A stretch of 64,000 nt of DNA from an uncultured Actinomycetes bacterium (GCA_963736925.1 CAVTQP010000001.1:70159-134158), one strand, 5' to 3'. Shown: positions 8,671 to 19,842, numbered from the stretch's first letter. Notes: generated from the sequence alone by a model not told the origin. A program made the numbers and translations.

Positions 8671-9203
8671 CAGGACTCCTTGGACTTCTTCTCGCCGCGC
8701 GGCTGGGCTTTCTTCGGCGCGCCGGCTGCCTTCTTAGCAGCGCCGGCGGCTTCCTTGCGGGCGGGCGTCTCACCTGCGCCCACGGCGGACCTCCTTGCGG
8801 CGCCGGCCTTCTTGGCCCCCTTCTTCGCGGCACCGGCGGTCTTCTCCCTGGCGCCGGCCGCCTGCTTGGCGGTGTCCGGAGCCTCGGCCCGCTTCTTCGT
8901 GACACCGGCGGGCTTCTCGGCGGTGTCCGGAGCCTCGGCCGCCGGGGAGACCTGTTCGGCCCTGTCCGCCACCGGCTCGGGCGTTTCGCGCTGGACCTCG
9001 TCGGCAAGCTTCACCGGTCTCACCGATACCAGGTGGGGAACCCGGGCGATCATCCCCCGGATCTCCGGGCGGTCGGGCAGGATGTTGGTCCTTCCGACCC
9101 GGCGCAGGCCGAGGGCTCGGAGGGTCCCTCGGTGCTTGGGCTTCGACCCGATCGAGGACCTCACCTGGGTCACCTCGAGCAGCTCGGTCATCTCTCCGGC
9201 CAT
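8670..9203 (-). CDS. rpmD: 50S ribosomal protein L30 with a ~115-aa Ala/Lys/Pro-rich C-terminal extension
   Basis: The N-terminal ~60 aa are canonical L30 (LEVTQVRSSIGSKPKHRGTLRALGLRRVGRTNILPDRPEIRGMIARVPHLVSV). The ORF continues to 177 aa with low complexity. ATG 9203 overlaps the rpsE stop by 1 nt. Confidence 0.9.
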   Translation of the reverse strand: MAGEMTELLEVTQVRSSIGSKPKHRGTLRALGLRRVGRTNILPDRPEIRGMIARVPHLVSVRPVKLADEVQRETPEPVADRAEQVSPAAEAPDTAEKPAGVTKKRAEAPDTAKQAAGAREKTAGAAKKGAKKAGAARRSAVGAGETPARKEAAGAAKKAAGAPKKAQPRGEKKSKES

Positions 9204-9751
9204 CACCCGACCTCCGTGGGCACATGAGGCCCTCGCTGTCGCTCCCGATAGGAACGCAGGACGCCGGTGGGGGTGACCTCCTCGGGCGACTTCCCCCTCG
9301 CCCGCGCGACCTCGTCGGGCCGCTTGAGGGACTTCAGGCCGGCGATGGTCGCATGCGCCACGTTGATCCCGTTGGAGGAGCCGAGCGACTTGGCAAGGAT
9401 GTCCTGAATGCCGGCCATCTCCAGGATCGCTCGTGCCGCCCCTCCGGCGATCACCCCCGTGCCTGGGGCCGCCGGCTTGAGGAGTACCCGTCCGGCACCG
9501 CTGCGGCCGGTCACGGGATGGGTGATGGTGGATCCGGCCAAGGGCACCTCGAAGAGGTTCTTGCGCGCCTCGTCGATTCCCTTCTGCACGGCCAGGCCGG
9601 CCTCCTTGGCCTTCCCGTAGCCCAGCCCCACCCTCCCGTTGCCGTCGCCCAGGACCATGAGGGCGGTGAAGGAGAACCGACGGCCTCCTTTGACCACCTT
9701 GGCCACGCGGTTGACCTTGATGGTCCTTTCCTCGTACTGAGCATCAGCCAT
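9203..9751 (-). CDS. rpsE: 30S ribosomal protein S5
   Basis: 182 aa with [38 protein letters not shown]... Confidence 0.97.
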   Translation of the reverse strand: MADAQYEERTIKVNRVAKVVKGGRRFSFTALMVLGDGNGRVGLGYGKAKEAGLAVQKGIDEARKNLFEVPLAGSTITHPVTGRSGAGRVLLKPAAPGTGVIAGGAARAILEMAGIQDILAKSLGSSNGINVAHATIAGLKSLKRPDEVARARGKSPEEVTPTGVLRSYRERQRGPHVPTEVG

Positions 9752-9754
9752 GTC

Positions 9755-10114
9755 TCAAAGCTCCAGTCCCTCCTCGCGGGCGGCGTCCGCCAGGGCGGCC
9801 ACCCGGCCGTGATACAGAAAGCCCCCGCGGTCGAACACGACGGCGGTCACTCCCGCCTCCCGGGCGCGGGCGGCGACCAAACGCCCGACCGCCGCGGCGG
9901 CTCGGACGTTGGCAGTGCGTTCTCCCCTCAAGTCCGCTTCGAGGGTGGAGGCGGCAGCCACCGTGTGCCCGCTCAGGTCGTCGATGACCTGGGCGGAGAT
10001 GTGGCGACTCGATCGGAACACGTTCAAACGAGGCCGCTCGGGCGTGCCCGACACCTTGCGCCGAACCCGATGGTGGCGGCGGGCACGGAGGCGGCGGACG
10101 TCGCGCTCGCTCAT
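9755..10114 (-). CDS. rplR: 50S ribosomal protein L18
   Basis: 119 aa with ...[20 protein letters not shown]...[27 protein letters not shown]. Confidence 0.96.
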   Translation of the reverse strand: MSERDVRRLRARRHHRVRRKVSGTPERPRLNVFRSSRHISAQVIDDLSGHTVAAASTLEADLRGERTANVRAAAAVGRLVAARAREAGVTAVVFDRGGFLYHGRVAALADAAREEGLEL

Positions 10115-10130
10115 CGCCGGGGCACCTCCA

Positions 10131-10673
10131 TCAAGCCTTGGCCGCCTTTCCCGCCTTGCGCAGCACCCGCTCGCCGGCGTAGCGCACGCCCTTGCCCTTG
10201 TACGGCTCGGGCTTGCGAATGCTCCTTATGTCCGCCGCCACCTGGCCGACCAGCTGCTTGTCGATCCCCTTGACCAGGATCCTGGTCGGGCTGGCCACCT
10301 CGAAGGAGATTCCCTCGGGTGCGCGCACCCGTACCGGTTGGCTGAAGCCGAGGGCCAGCTCGAGCTGGTCGGGCCCTTGAGAGTTCGCACGGTAGCCGAC
10401 TCCGAGGATCTCCAACTCCTTGGTGAAGCCGTCGGTCACCCCCACGACCATGTTGTGTATGAGGGAGCGGGTCAGACCGTGGAGCGCCCTGTTTTGCCGC
10501 TCGTCGTCGGGGCGTTCCACCAAGAGCGTGGAGTCCTCTCGACGGACCGTTATCTCGCCGGGCACGTCCCGCTCTAGCGTCCCTTGAGGTCCCGTCACCT
10601 TGACGTTGCGCCCCTCGAGGTCCACCAACACCTCGGGAGGGACCATGATCGGAGTCCTGCCTACGCGTGACAC
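10131..10673 (-). CDS. rplF: 50S ribosomal protein L6
   Basis: The track ORF is over-extended. The conserved start (V)[14 protein letters not shown] is at GTG 10673. 180 aa. Confidence 0.92.
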   Translation of the reverse strand: MSRVGRTPIMVPPEVLVDLEGRNVKVTGPQGTLERDVPGEITVRREDSTLLVERPDDERQNRALHGLTRSLIHNMVVGVTDGFTKELEILGVGYRANSQGPDQLELALGFSQPVRVRAPEGISFEVASPTRILVKGIDKQLVGQVAADIRSIRKPEPYKGKGVRYAGERVLRKAGKAAKA

Positions 10674-10716
10674 GACATCACCGCCACCGTCCGGGGGGTC
10701 GTTTTGGGAAAGCCTG

Positions 10717-11121
10717 TCACCATACGTAGCAAAGGACCTCACCGCCCATGCGTCGCTTTCGCGCCTCGGTGTCGGTCATGAGGCCCTGGCTGGTGGACAC
10801 GACCGCCACCCCCAGGCCCCCAAGCACGCGGGGGAGCCTGTCTGCTCGGCTGTAGACCCGAAGTCCCGGCTTGGACACCCTCTTGAGGCCCGAGATCGTC
10901 CGAGCTCTTTCCGGGGTGTACTTCATGGTGATCTCCAGAACCCGACCCGGTCGAGATGGGTCCTCCCCGGCCGAGAAGCCCGAGATGTAGCCCTCCCTCT
11001 CCAGGATCTGGGCCAGCGCCTCCTTCAGCTTCGAGCCCGGCATCCGAACGGTCTCGTGCATGGCGACGTTGGCATTGCGGATGCGGGTGAGCATGTCGGC
11101 GATCGGGTCCGTCATCGTCAC
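10717..11121 (-). CDS. rpsH: 30S ribosomal protein S8
   Basis: 134 aa, (M)[19 protein letters not shown]... Confidence 0.97.
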   Translation of the reverse strand: MTMTDPIADMLTRIRNANVAMHETVRMPGSKLKEALAQILEREGYISGFSAGEDPSRPGRVLEITMKYTPERARTISGLKRVSKPGLRVYSRADRLPRVLGGLGVAVVSTSQGLMTDTEARKRRMGGEVLCYVW

Positions 11122-11137
11122 AGCGGCAGTCCTCCTC

Positions 11138-11323
11138 TCACCAGCTCGCCTTGGTGACGCCGGGCACTTCCCCGTTGTGAATCATGTCCCGCAGGCAGAT
11201 CCTGCAGAGCCCGAACTTGCGGAAGACGGCTCTGGGCCGCCCACATCTGCGACAACGGGAGTAGGCCCTCACCTTGAACTTGGGCTTGCGCGCCTGCTTT
11301 TGAATCAGTGCCTTCTTGGCCAT
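11138..11323 (-). CDS. rpsN: 30S ribosomal protein S14, type Z (zinc-binding CxxC...CxxC)
   Basis: 61 aa, [61 protein letters not shown], from ATG 11323 inside the longer track ORF. Confidence 0.95.
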   Translation of the reverse strand: MAKKALIQKQARKPKFKVRAYSRCRRCGRPRAVFRKFGLCRICLRDMIHNGEVPGVTKASW

Positions 11324-11330
11324 GGCTTGC

Positions 11331-11912
11331 TCAGCCCCCCTCTCGCCTGAACGGGAAGCCGAAGGACGCGAGCAGCGCTCGCCCTCCGGCATCGTTTCCG
11401 GCCGTAGTCACGATCGTGATATCCATCCCTCTTGGGGCATCGACCCGGTCGTAGTCGATCTCCGGAAAGATGAGCTGCTCGGAGACACCGAAGGTGTAGT
11501 TCCCCCGGCCATCGAACGAGCCGGGGTCGAGACCCCGAAAGTCCCGGATCCGCGGAATGGCCAGACTGATGAGACGGTCGAAGAACTCCCACATCCGATC
11601 GCCGCGCAGGGTCACCTTGGCACCTATCGACATCCCCTCTCTCAGCTTGAAGCCGGCGATGGACTTCTTGGCCTTCGTGACCAGGGGCTTCTGGCCCGTG
11701 ATCGTCTCGAGGTCGCGTACCGCCCCCTCCAGCAGCGACTGCTGGGCCACCGCTCGCCCCACGCCCATGTTGACCACGATCTTCGACAGGCGAGGTACCT
11801 CCATGACGTTGCGGAGACCCAGCTCGCCAAGCAGGCGCGAGCGGACCTCGGCCTGGTAACGCTCCCTCAGCCTGGGACGGCCCCGAGCCGCGGTCGACCC
11901 TTGGACGGTCAC
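11331..11912 (-). CDS. rplE: 50S ribosomal protein L5
   Basis: 193 aa with ...[13 protein letters not shown]...[31 protein letters not shown]... The GTG start overlaps the rplX stop (GTGA). Confidence 0.96.
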   Translation of the reverse strand: MTVQGSTAARGRPRLRERYQAEVRSRLLGELGLRNVMEVPRLSKIVVNMGVGRAVAQQSLLEGAVRDLETITGQKPLVTKAKKSIAGFKLREGMSIGAKVTLRGDRMWEFFDRLISLAIPRIRDFRGLDPGSFDGRGNYTFGVSEQLIFPEIDYDRVDAPRGMDITIVTTAGNDAGGRALLASFGFPFRREGG

Positions 11913-12217
11913 AGGTCACCTCCGCATTTCTTGCAAACTCGCAGCTTGCGCCCCTGCTCGTCGAACCGGACACCGATCCGGGTGGGCCCGCAGTCCCGGC
12001 AGATCAGGGCCACCGAAGAGATGGAGACTGGCATGTCCTTGTCGATGATCCCGCCCTGCATGGTGGCCCTGGTGGGCTTGGTGTGGCGCTTCACGACGTT
12101 CACCCCGTCCACGATCACCTTGCCACCGGTGGGAAGCACCCGCATGACCTCCCCCTCCCTGCCCCGGTCCTTCCCCGACAGGACCCGGACCCGGTCACCC
12201 TTCTTGATTCGCGGCAC
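11909..12217 (-). CDS. rplX: 50S ribosomal protein L24
   Basis: 102 aa, (M)[26 protein letters not shown]..., KOW motif. Confidence 0.96.
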   Translation of the reverse strand: MPRIKKGDRVRVLSGKDRGREGEVMRVLPTGGKVIVDGVNVVKRHTKPTRATMQGGIIDKDMPVSISSVALICRDCGPTRIGVRFDEQGRKLRVCKKCGGDL

Positions 12218-12586
12218 TCAGATCACCTCCGGAGCCAGAGAGACGATTCTCATGAACCGCTTGTCCCGGAGCTCGCGCCCCACGGGCCCGAAGATGCGCG
12301 TGCCCCGAGGTTGTTGGGCTTCGTTGATCAGCACCGCGGCGTTCTCGTCGAAGCGGATGTAGCTGCCGTCCGGTCGGCGCTTCTCCTTCTTGGTTCGCAC
12401 CACCACGCAGCGCACCACCTCGCCCTTCTTGACGGCTGCGCCCGGTATCGCATCCTTGACGGTGGCCACGAAGATGTCGCCTATGGCCGCGTAGCGACGC
12501 TTCGAGCCTCCCAGGACCTTGATGCAAAGCACCTCTTTGGCGCCCGAATTGTCGGCCACCCTGAGGCGGGACTCCTGCTGGATCAT
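12218..12586 (-). CDS. rplN: 50S ribosomal protein L14
   Basis: 122 aa, [33 protein letters not shown]..., from ATG 12586 inside the over-extended track ORF. Confidence 0.97.
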   Translation of the reverse strand: MIQQESRLRVADNSGAKEVLCIKVLGGSKRRYAAIGDIFVATVKDAIPGAAVKKGEVVRCVVVRTKKEKRRPDGSYIRFDENAAVLINEAQQPRGTRIFGPVGRELRDKRFMRIVSLAPEVI

Positions 12587-12864
12587 CGAGCGCGCTCCAC
12601 GATCTCCATGACGCGCCAGCGCTTGTGCTTGGAGAGTGGACGGGTCTCGGACACCTTGACCCGGTCGCCCACCTTGACGTCGTTGGTCTCGTCGTGGACA
12701 TGAAGGCGGGTGGTCCGCTGGACGGTCTTGTTGTAACGCGGGTGGCGCACCCGCTCGACCACGGCGACGACCACCGTCTTGTCCATGCCATCGGACACGA
12801 CCGTCCCCTCCCTGACCTTGCGGCGGTTCGGGCGTCGGTCGGCGTTGACGGCCTGATCGGGCAT
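12583..12864 (-). CDS. rpsQ: 30S ribosomal protein S17
   Basis: 93 aa with ...[34 protein letters not shown]... Confidence 0.96.
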   Translation of the reverse strand: MPDQAVNADRRPNRRKVREGTVVSDGMDKTVVVAVVERVRHPRYNKTVQRTTRLHVHDETNDVKVGDRVKVSETRPLSKHKRWRVMEIVERAR

Positions 12865-13175
12865 CAGGCCTCCTTCGCATCGGAGCCCGGATCTTTGGCT
12901 CCTTGGTCCGGGGCTCCGTCTCCGACCCTCTCAGGCGGTCCTTCTGGGCGAGAGGGCTGCCCCGACCAGTACGCTTCGGCGGCTTCGATCTCTCGCTGGC
13001 GTAACACCGTGAGCATCCGGGCGACGTCCCTTCGCAGCTGGCCGATCCGCGCCACGTTGTCCAGGCGGCCAGTCGCCAGTTGGAAGCGGAGGTTGAACAG
13101 CTCCTGTTTGGTCTCGTTGAGGCGCGATTCCAGCTCCTCGACGTCGAGCTCTACGAGCTCAGCGGCCCTGGCCAT
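12864..13175 (-). CDS. rpmC: 50S ribosomal protein L29 with a ~35-aa C-terminal extension
   Basis: 103 aa. The L29 core is [49 protein letters not shown], followed by a Pro/Gly/Asp/Glu-rich tail. Confidence 0.93.
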   Translation of the reverse strand: MARAAELVELDVEELESRLNETKQELFNLRFQLATGRLDNVARIGQLRRDVARMLTVLRQREIEAAEAYWSGQPSRPEGPPERVGDGAPDQGAKDPGSDAKEA

Positions 13176-13613
13176 TCAGAACCCCACCTCATGAGCGTCG
13201 CCGACGCCGGGTCGTACGACGAACTTGGCCTTCATGGGCAGCTTCTGTATGGCTCGCTCCATGGCTTGGCGGGCGAGCGTCTCGTGGACCCCCGCCAGCT
13301 CGAACAGGATGCGACCGGGCTTGACAACCGCGACCCAGAGCTCGGGGTTGCCCTTTCCGGACCCCATCCGCGTCTCGGCCGGCTTCTGGGTGACCGGCTT
13401 GTCGGGGAACACCCGGATCCAGACCTTCCCGCCGCGTCTCACGTGACGGGTCATGGCGATCCGGGCTGCCTCGATCTGGCGGGCCGACAGCCAACCCGGC
13501 TCGAGCGCTTGGATCCCGAAGTCACCGAAGCTCACCGAGTTGCCGCCTTTGCTCATCCCGCCGAGCCGGCCCCGCTGCTGCTTGCGGTGCTTGACCTTCC
13601 GAGGCATCAGCAC
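13176..13613 (-). CDS. rplP: 50S ribosomal protein L16
   Basis: 145 aa, (M)[23 protein letters not shown]... Confidence 0.97.
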   Translation of the reverse strand: MLMPRKVKHRKQQRGRLGGMSKGGNSVSFGDFGIQALEPGWLSARQIEAARIAMTRHVRRGGKVWIRVFPDKPVTQKPAETRMGSGKGNPELWVAVVKPGRILFELAGVHETLARQAMERAIQKLPMKAKFVVRPGVGDAHEVGF

Positions 13614-13615
13614 GG

Positions 13616-14551
13616 TCAGTCGCTCTCCTTGCGGAAGTGGGGAGCCTCGTGGTGGGTTTCGGAGGTCCGGCGCTCGATCTCCTCCTCCTCGGCGAGAAGC
13701 CTCTCGAGGTCGTCCATCTCGGGCGCTCCCTCGGCATCCGGGCCGACCAGCTCGAGCGGCTCGCCCCCCTCCGCCCTCGAGGCGGCCGCGCCGGGCTGAC
13801 CCTGCTCAGGCCGGCGGCGGCCTCCACCCGCCGAGATGACCCGGCGGGGACGGGCCTCTCCGGCCGTGTCTCCAACCGCCATCGCTGCTTCCTTGCTGAT
13901 CTTGTCCTCGGCCGAGGTCCGGTAGGGGAGGATGTCGCCCTTGTAGATCCACACCTTCACCCCGATGCGCCCGAAGGTGGTCCGCGCCTCCCGAAATCCG
14001 TAGTCGATGTCGGCCCTGAGGGTGTGCAGCGGCACCCGGCCCTCCCGGTAGGCCTCCTTTCGGGCCATCTCCGACCCGCCCAGACGTCCCGAGCACTGGA
14101 CCCGGATCCCCTGGCCGCCGGCCTTCTGGACCGTTTGCAGAGCCCGCTTCATGGCTCGGCGGAAGCTGATGCGACGCGCCAGCTGATCGGCGATCCCCTG
14201 GGCGATGAGCGCGGCGTCGAGCTCGGGCTGCTTTATCTCCTGGATGTTGAGCTGGATCTTGGCGTTGCTCGTGATCCTGGCCAGGTCCGTGCGCAGTCGG
14301 TCGGCCTCGGCACCTTTGCGCCCGATGACGATCCCCGGACGCGCCGTATGGACATCGACCCTCAGACGGTCACGCGTGCGTTCCACCTCGATGCGGCTGA
14401 CCGCCGCAGCCTCCAGCTGGGTCGTCAGGTAGTCGCGGATACGCCAGTCCTCGACCACGCAGTCTTGATAGTCACGGTCGTCGAACCACCTGGACTTCCA
14501 GTCGGTGGTCACGCCGAGGCGGAACCCGTAGGGGTTGACCTTCTGGCCCAT
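13616..14551 (-). CDS. rpsC: 30S ribosomal protein S3 with a long C-terminal extension
   Basis: 311 aa, [23 protein letters not shown]... The KH and S3-C domains are followed by a ~85-aa Gly/Arg-rich then acidic tail. Confidence 0.95.
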   Translation of the reverse strand: MGQKVNPYGFRLGVTTDWKSRWFDDRDYQDCVVEDWRIRDYLTTQLEAAAVSRIEVERTRDRLRVDVHTARPGIVIGRKGAEADRLRTDLARITSNAKIQLNIQEIKQPELDAALIAQGIADQLARRISFRRAMKRALQTVQKAGGQGIRVQCSGRLGGSEMARKEAYREGRVPLHTLRADIDYGFREARTTFGRIGVKVWIYKGDILPYRTSAEDKISKEAAMAVGDTAGEARPRRVISAGGGRRRPEQGQPGAAASRAEGGEPLELVGPDAEGAPEMDDLERLLAEEEEIERRTSETHHEAPHFRKESD

Positions 14552-15220
14552 CTAGTCGCCCTTCTCCTCTGAGGAGTTCGTCCCCTCGTCACTGTCCCGT
14601 TCGTCCGGTTGGTCTTGTGTTCCGGCGGTGTCCTCTTCCGTTGCGGCGGCGTCCTCTACCTCGGCTACCCCCGCGAGCTCGTCACCTCTGTCCTCTTGCG
14701 TTCCGGCGGTGTCTTCTTCCTCCGACCCGGCCCCTTCAGCGGTTGCTTGCGCCGTCGCCGTCGCCGCCGCAGCCGCCCGGCGGGTGCCGGCCACCCTGCG
14801 AGCTCTCCGAGCTCCGGCGCCGGCTGCTTCGCGAGCGTGGCGCCGCGCCAGTTGCTCCTCGGGGAGGCGGCTGACGATCACCGTGACGTGACACGTCCGC
14901 TTTCGGATCCGGGTCGCCCTGCCCCTCGCCCTGGGTCGCCAGCGCTTCAGGGTCGTCCCCTCGTCTGCGTAGCATGCCGACACGTAGAGCTCCTCGGGAT
15001 CGAGATGCTCGTTGTGCTCGGCGTTGGCCAGGGCCGAGCCCAGGACCTTTCCGACCACCTTTGCAGCATCCCTGTCGGAGAACTGAAGGACCTCCAGGGC
15101 CCTGTCGGCCTCGACCCCCCGGATGAGGTCGAGTACCTGCCGCGCCTTGTAAGCAGACATCCGGCAATGCCGGAGCACCGCCCTGGTCCCCTCACGCTCG
15201 TTCGTCTTGAGGCCGGGCAT
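14552..15220 (-). CDS. rplV: 50S ribosomal protein L22 with a ~100-aa C-terminal extension
   Basis: 222 aa. The L22 core is AVLRHCRMSAYKARQVLDLIRG...RGRATRIRKRTCHVTVIV. It is followed by an Ala/Arg-rich then strongly acidic tail containing EEDTAGTQ twice. Confidence 0.94.
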   Translation of the reverse strand: MPGLKTNEREGTRAVLRHCRMSAYKARQVLDLIRGVEADRALEVLQFSDRDAAKVVGKVLGSALANAEHNEHLDPEELYVSACYADEGTTLKRWRPRARGRATRIRKRTCHVTVIVSRLPEEQLARRHAREAAGAGARRARRVAGTRRAAAAATATAQATAEGAGSEEEDTAGTQEDRGDELAGVAEVEDAAATEEDTAGTQDQPDERDSDEGTNSSEEKGD

Positions 15221-15223
15221 GCC

Positions 15224-15502
15224 TCAGCGCCTCCCCCCGCGTTCCTGGCCGGCGTGATAACGAAACGTGCGGGTGGGCGCGAACTCACCCAGCTTGTGTC
15301 CGACCATGGCCTCCGTTATGTAAACGGGCACGTGCTTTCGACCGTCGTGCACCACGATCGTGTGGCCCACCATGTCGGGGATGATGGTCGAGCGGCGGGA
15401 CCAGGTCTTGATGACCCTCTTGTCGTTGCTCGAGTTCAAGGCGTCCACCTTCTTGAGAAGATGATCGTCGACGAAAGGGCCCTTCTTCAGGCTGCGGGGC
15501 AT
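15224..15502 (-). CDS. rpsS: 30S ribosomal protein S19
   Basis: Conserved start [19 protein letters not shown] at ATG 15502. The track ORF begins 9 codons earlier. 92 aa. Confidence 0.95.
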   Translation of the reverse strand: MPRSLKKGPFVDDHLLKKVDALNSSNDKRVIKTWSRRSTIIPDMVGHTIVVHDGRKHVPVYITEAMVGHKLGEFAPTRTFRYHAGQERGGRR

Positions 15503-15512
15503 CTCGGAGCGC

Positions 15513-16349
15513 CTATCGCCTCGCGCCACGCTTGCGGCGCCTACGAACGATCATCTTGTCCGACTCCTTGTGCCGGGCCCGGGTCCTGCCCTCGGCCTTG
15601 CCCCACGGAGAGACCGGGTGCCGCCCTCCGGAGGACTTCCCCTCGCCTCCGCCAAGAGGGTGGTCCACGGGATTCATGGCGACTCCTCGGGTCTGCGGAC
15701 GCACGCCCTTCCACCGGTTTCGTCCAGCCTTGCCGGCCGAGATCAACTCGGCCTCCGGGTTGCCGACCTCCCCGAGGGTCCCCCGGCAGTCGATCGGTAC
15801 CCGCCGCATCTCGGTGGAAGGAAGCCTCAACGTCGCAAAATTGCCCTCTTTGGCGACAAGTTGGATGCCCATGCCCGCTCCCCGCGCCAACTTGCCTCCG
15901 CCGCCGGGCTTCAGCTCCACGTTGTGCACGACCGAGCCGACAGGTATGTAGCGGAGGGGCAGTGCGTTACCGGCTCGGATATCGGCGCCCTGGCCGCTCT
16001 GCAACAGGTCGCCAACGGTCACCGTCGCCGGAGCGAGGATGTACCGCTTCTCGCCGTCCAGGTAGTGGAGGAGAGCGATCCGGGCATTGCGGTTGGGGTC
16101 GTACTCGATGGCGGCCACCTTGGCGGGCACTCCGTCCTTGTCACGCTTGAAGTCGATGATCCGGTACCGGCGCTTGTGTCCGCCACCGCGATGGCGCGCT
16201 GTCTTGCGACCGTAGGCGTTGCGGCCGCCGGTGCCCGGCTTGGAGGCGACCAGGGATCGCTCCGGGCGGCCCTTGGTCACCTCCTTGAAGTCCGACGCCG
16301 ATTGGAACCGCCGGCCGGGACTCGTGGGCTTGCGCTTGCGTAAGGGCAT
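15513..16349 (-). CDS. rplB: 50S ribosomal protein L2
   Basis: 278 aa, [21 protein letters not shown]...[18 protein letters not shown]... Confidence 0.97.
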   Translation of the reverse strand: MPLRKRKPTSPGRRFQSASDFKEVTKGRPERSLVASKPGTGGRNAYGRKTARHRGGGHKRRYRIIDFKRDKDGVPAKVAAIEYDPNRNARIALLHYLDGEKRYILAPATVTVGDLLQSGQGADIRAGNALPLRYIPVGSVVHNVELKPGGGGKLARGAGMGIQLVAKEGNFATLRLPSTEMRRVPIDCRGTLGEVGNPEAELISAGKAGRNRWKGVRPQTRGVAMNPVDHPLGGGEGKSSGGRHPVSPWGKAEGRTRARHKESDKMIVRRRRKRGARR

Positions 16350-16357
16350 GCTCCGTC

Positions 16358-16648
16358 CTAACTCTCGAACAAGTCGATCTTGTCGCCAGAGGCCAGCGTC
16401 ACGATCGCCCGCTTGGTGTCGGCCCTCCGGCCGAAGGTGGCCGTCCTGCGGTTCCGCTTGCTCTTGCCCTTCCGGTTGAGAGTGTTCACCTTGGTCACGT
16501 GGACGTTGAAGATGCTCTCCACCGCCTGGCGGATGTCGATCTTGGTCGCATCGGGGTGTACCAAGAACGTGTAGACGTCGGCGTCCATGAGGGCATAGGA
16601 CCTCTCGGATACCACCGGCTTGACGAGCACGTCGCGAGGGTCCTTCAT
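16358..16648 (-). CDS. rplW: 50S ribosomal protein L23
   Basis: 96 aa, [49 protein letters not shown]..., from ATG 16648 inside the over-extended track ORF. Confidence 0.95.
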   Translation of the reverse strand: MKDPRDVLVKPVVSERSYALMDADVYTFLVHPDATKIDIRQAVESIFNVHVTKVNTLNRKGKSKRNRRTATFGRRADTKRAIVTLASGDKIDLFES

Positions 16649-16655
16649 CGGGACC

Positions 16656-17333
16656 TCAACCCCCCGCCTCTGAACCGCCGCCGTCAGAGGCTCTCGAGCC
16701 CGGGAGCGTGGCCTCGGTGAAGACGACCCAGTCGTGTCGCAGCACGTCGTAGACGTTGAGCTCGCCCACCAGGACCGGCGTGACGCCGGGCAGGTTGGCA
16801 AATGACCGCCAAGCCGCCCAGTCGACGGGATCGAGCACAACGAGCACCTTGCGCTCCAGGCCGAGTGCTTCCAAGGCCGCCACTGCATCCTTCGTGCGGG
16901 GCGCCTCGAAGCCCCACTTGTCCACAACGGCCACCTTTGCGTCCGCGGCCCTGTCTGAGAGGGCCGAGCAAAGAGCCAGGTGAACCATCTTCTTGGGAGT
17001 GCGCTGGCGATGGTCGCGGGGCTTGGGTCCCAGCGCCACGCCGCCCCCGACGAAGTGCGGCACCCGGATGGACCCTTGGCGGGCCCGCCCCGTTCCCTTC
17101 TGGCGGTAGGGCTTGGCCCCACCACCCCTGGCCTCCGACCGCGTCAGGGTGCTCTGGGTGCCCGAGCGCGCCGCGGCCAGTTGGGACGTGACGACCTGGT
17201 GCATCAAGGCGACGTTGGGGACGATCCCGAAGGTGGCAGGGTCCAGGTCCACCTGGCCGCGCGAGCCTCCGTCGACGCCTCGCTTCTCGACGGTCACAGT
17301 CGAGGGGTCCCCGGCGGCCTTGCCGGGGCTCAC
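16656..17333 (-). CDS. rplD: 50S ribosomal protein L4
   Basis: GTG 17333 overlaps the rplC stop (GTGA). 225 aa with ...[40 protein letters not shown]... Confidence 0.93.
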   Translation of the reverse strand: MSPGKAAGDPSTVTVEKRGVDGGSRGQVDLDPATFGIVPNVALMHQVVTSQLAAARSGTQSTLTRSEARGGGAKPYRQKGTGRARQGSIRVPHFVGGGVALGPKPRDHRQRTPKKMVHLALCSALSDRAADAKVAVVDKWGFEAPRTKDAVAALEALGLERKVLVVLDPVDWAAWRSFANLPGVTPVLVGELNVYDVLRHDWVVFTEATLPGSRASDGGGSEAGG

Positions 17334-17977
17334 GATCGCACCGCTCCGGCTGACTTCACGGTGTCTCGAATCAGCACGAGCCCTCCGCGGGGTCCGGGGA
17401 TCGCTCCTTTGACCAGGACGAGCTCCCGCTCGACATCGGCTCGGACGACTTCGAGGTTGGTGGTGGTGACCCGCTGGGCGCCCATCCGACCCGGGAGCCG
17501 CGTGCCTTTGAAGACCCTGGCCGGAGTGGCACAGGCCCCGATCGCGCCGGGCGAGCGGTGCTTCTTGTGGTTTCCGTGGGAGGCACCCTGGCCCTTGAAG
17601 TTGTGCCTCTTCATACCGCCGGCAAAGCCCTTGCCCTTGCTGACCGCCGTGACGTCGACGCGCTCTCCGGCTTCGAGGATCGTCGCGTCTAGCTCCTGGC
17701 CCACCGAGTAGGCGCTGGAGTCGTCCAACCTGAGCTCCACGAGGCGCTTGCCGGGGTCCATGCCGGCCCTGGCGAAATGGCCGCTTTCGGGCTTGGAGAC
17801 CGCCCGGCGGATCCCGTAGGTGACCTGCAGGGCTGAGTAGCCGTCGCTCTCCGGGGTCTTGACCTGTACCACGCGCACCGGCGCGACCTTGACGACGGTA
17901 ACCGGGACGGCACGATGTTCTGCGTCCCACACCTGTGTCATGCCGACCTTCTCGCCGACAATCGCCTTGGTTGCCAT
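17330..17977 (-). CDS. rplC: 50S ribosomal protein L3
   Basis: Conserved start [18 protein letters not shown] at ATG 17977, preceded by GAGGAG. 215 aa. Confidence 0.95.
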   Translation of the reverse strand: MATKAIVGEKVGMTQVWDAEHRAVPVTVVKVAPVRVVQVKTPESDGYSALQVTYGIRRAVSKPESGHFARAGMDPGKRLVELRLDDSSAYSVGQELDATILEAGERVDVTAVSKGKGFAGGMKRHNFKGQGASHGNHKKHRSPGAIGACATPARVFKGTRLPGRMGAQRVTTTNLEVVRADVERELVLVKGAIPGPRGGLVLIRDTVKSAGAVRS

Positions 17978-18224
17978 TGCTCCTCTTGGTAGGGGCCGCA
18001 CGCTCGGCCCCCTTTGCCGGCTCGCCACCCGGGCAGAGCCTCTAGCTCACGTCCGACGCGCCTACCCGCCCGGCACGGAGACGTCCGCCCGGGTAACCCT
18101 GGCGGAGCGCTTGTCATCTTTGCCCCAAGGTCCCCCGGCCGCGACCAGGGCTCTCGAGGACATCGAATGCGGGCGGCCCAAGCCGCCCCAAGCCAGGCGA
18201 GTTTAGCCCCTGTAAATCAACCCG
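17978..18224 (-). promoter_or_regulatory. 247-nt GC-rich structured spacer between rpsJ and rplC (candidate leader / internal promoter)
   Basis: Perfect 7-bp hairpins at 18171-18188 (GGGCGGC-uugg-GCCGCCC on the minus strand) and 17992-18011 (GGGGCCG-agcgug-CGGCCCC), the latter just 5' of the rplC SD. Possible promoter: -35 GTGACG 18228..18223, 17 nt spacer, -10 TAAACT 18205..18200. Function is not established. Confidence 0.25.
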
Positions 18225-18551
18225 TCACGCTGTCTGGATCTTTATCTCAATGTCCACCCCGGCGGGAAGGTCCAATCTCTGAAGAGAGTCGACAGTTTTT
18301 GGACCATGTTCCACGATGTCGAGCAGGCGCTTATGGATGCGCATTTCGAAGTGCTCGCGGCTGTCCTTGTATTTGTGAGGCGAGCGGATGACCGTATAAC
18401 GTCGCTTTTCGGTTGGGAGGGGGACCGGGCCCCTGATCCGGGCCTGGGTTCGAAGCACCGTTTCGACGATCTTCTTCGTGGACTGGTCGATGACCTCGTG
18501 GTCATAGGCCTTGAGACGGATCCGGATCTTTTGGCGGGGGCCGTCCGGCAC
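18225..18551 (-). CDS. rpsJ: 30S ribosomal protein S10
   Basis: 108 aa with ...[26 protein letters not shown]...[33 protein letters not shown] start, 15 nt after the tuf stop. Confidence 0.96.
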   Translation of the reverse strand: MPDGPRQKIRIRLKAYDHEVIDQSTKKIVETVLRTQARIRGPVPLPTEKRRYTVIRSPHKYKDSREHFEMRIHKRLLDIVEHGPKTVDSLQRLDLPAGVDIEIKIQTA

Positions 18552-18566
18552 GCTCGCTCCTCCGTC

Positions 18567-19754
<1,188 letters not shown>

Positions 19755-19842
19755 GATGGCAATGGCTCCGTATTCCTCTGGCGGCACCCCGCGGATACCG
19801 CGTCTTCCTATGTGGCACCCTGAGGGCGCCGGTCCCGGGTGG

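Noticed and set aside
8657-9225. Alternative-frame minus-strand ORFs inside the L30 tail (8657..9007, 8770..9225).
   Set aside because: They are Pro/Arg-rich out-of-frame readings of the same repeat-rich DNA. Only the rpmD frame is continuous with a canonical L30 N-terminus and keeps stop/start coupling with rpsE and rplO.
18040-18141. A 33-codon ATG ORF (MSSRALVAAGGPWGKDDKRSARVTRADVSVPGG) in the rpsJ-rplC spacer.
   Set aside because: It has no SD, no recognisable family and low-complexity composition. The region is better explained as structured RNA.
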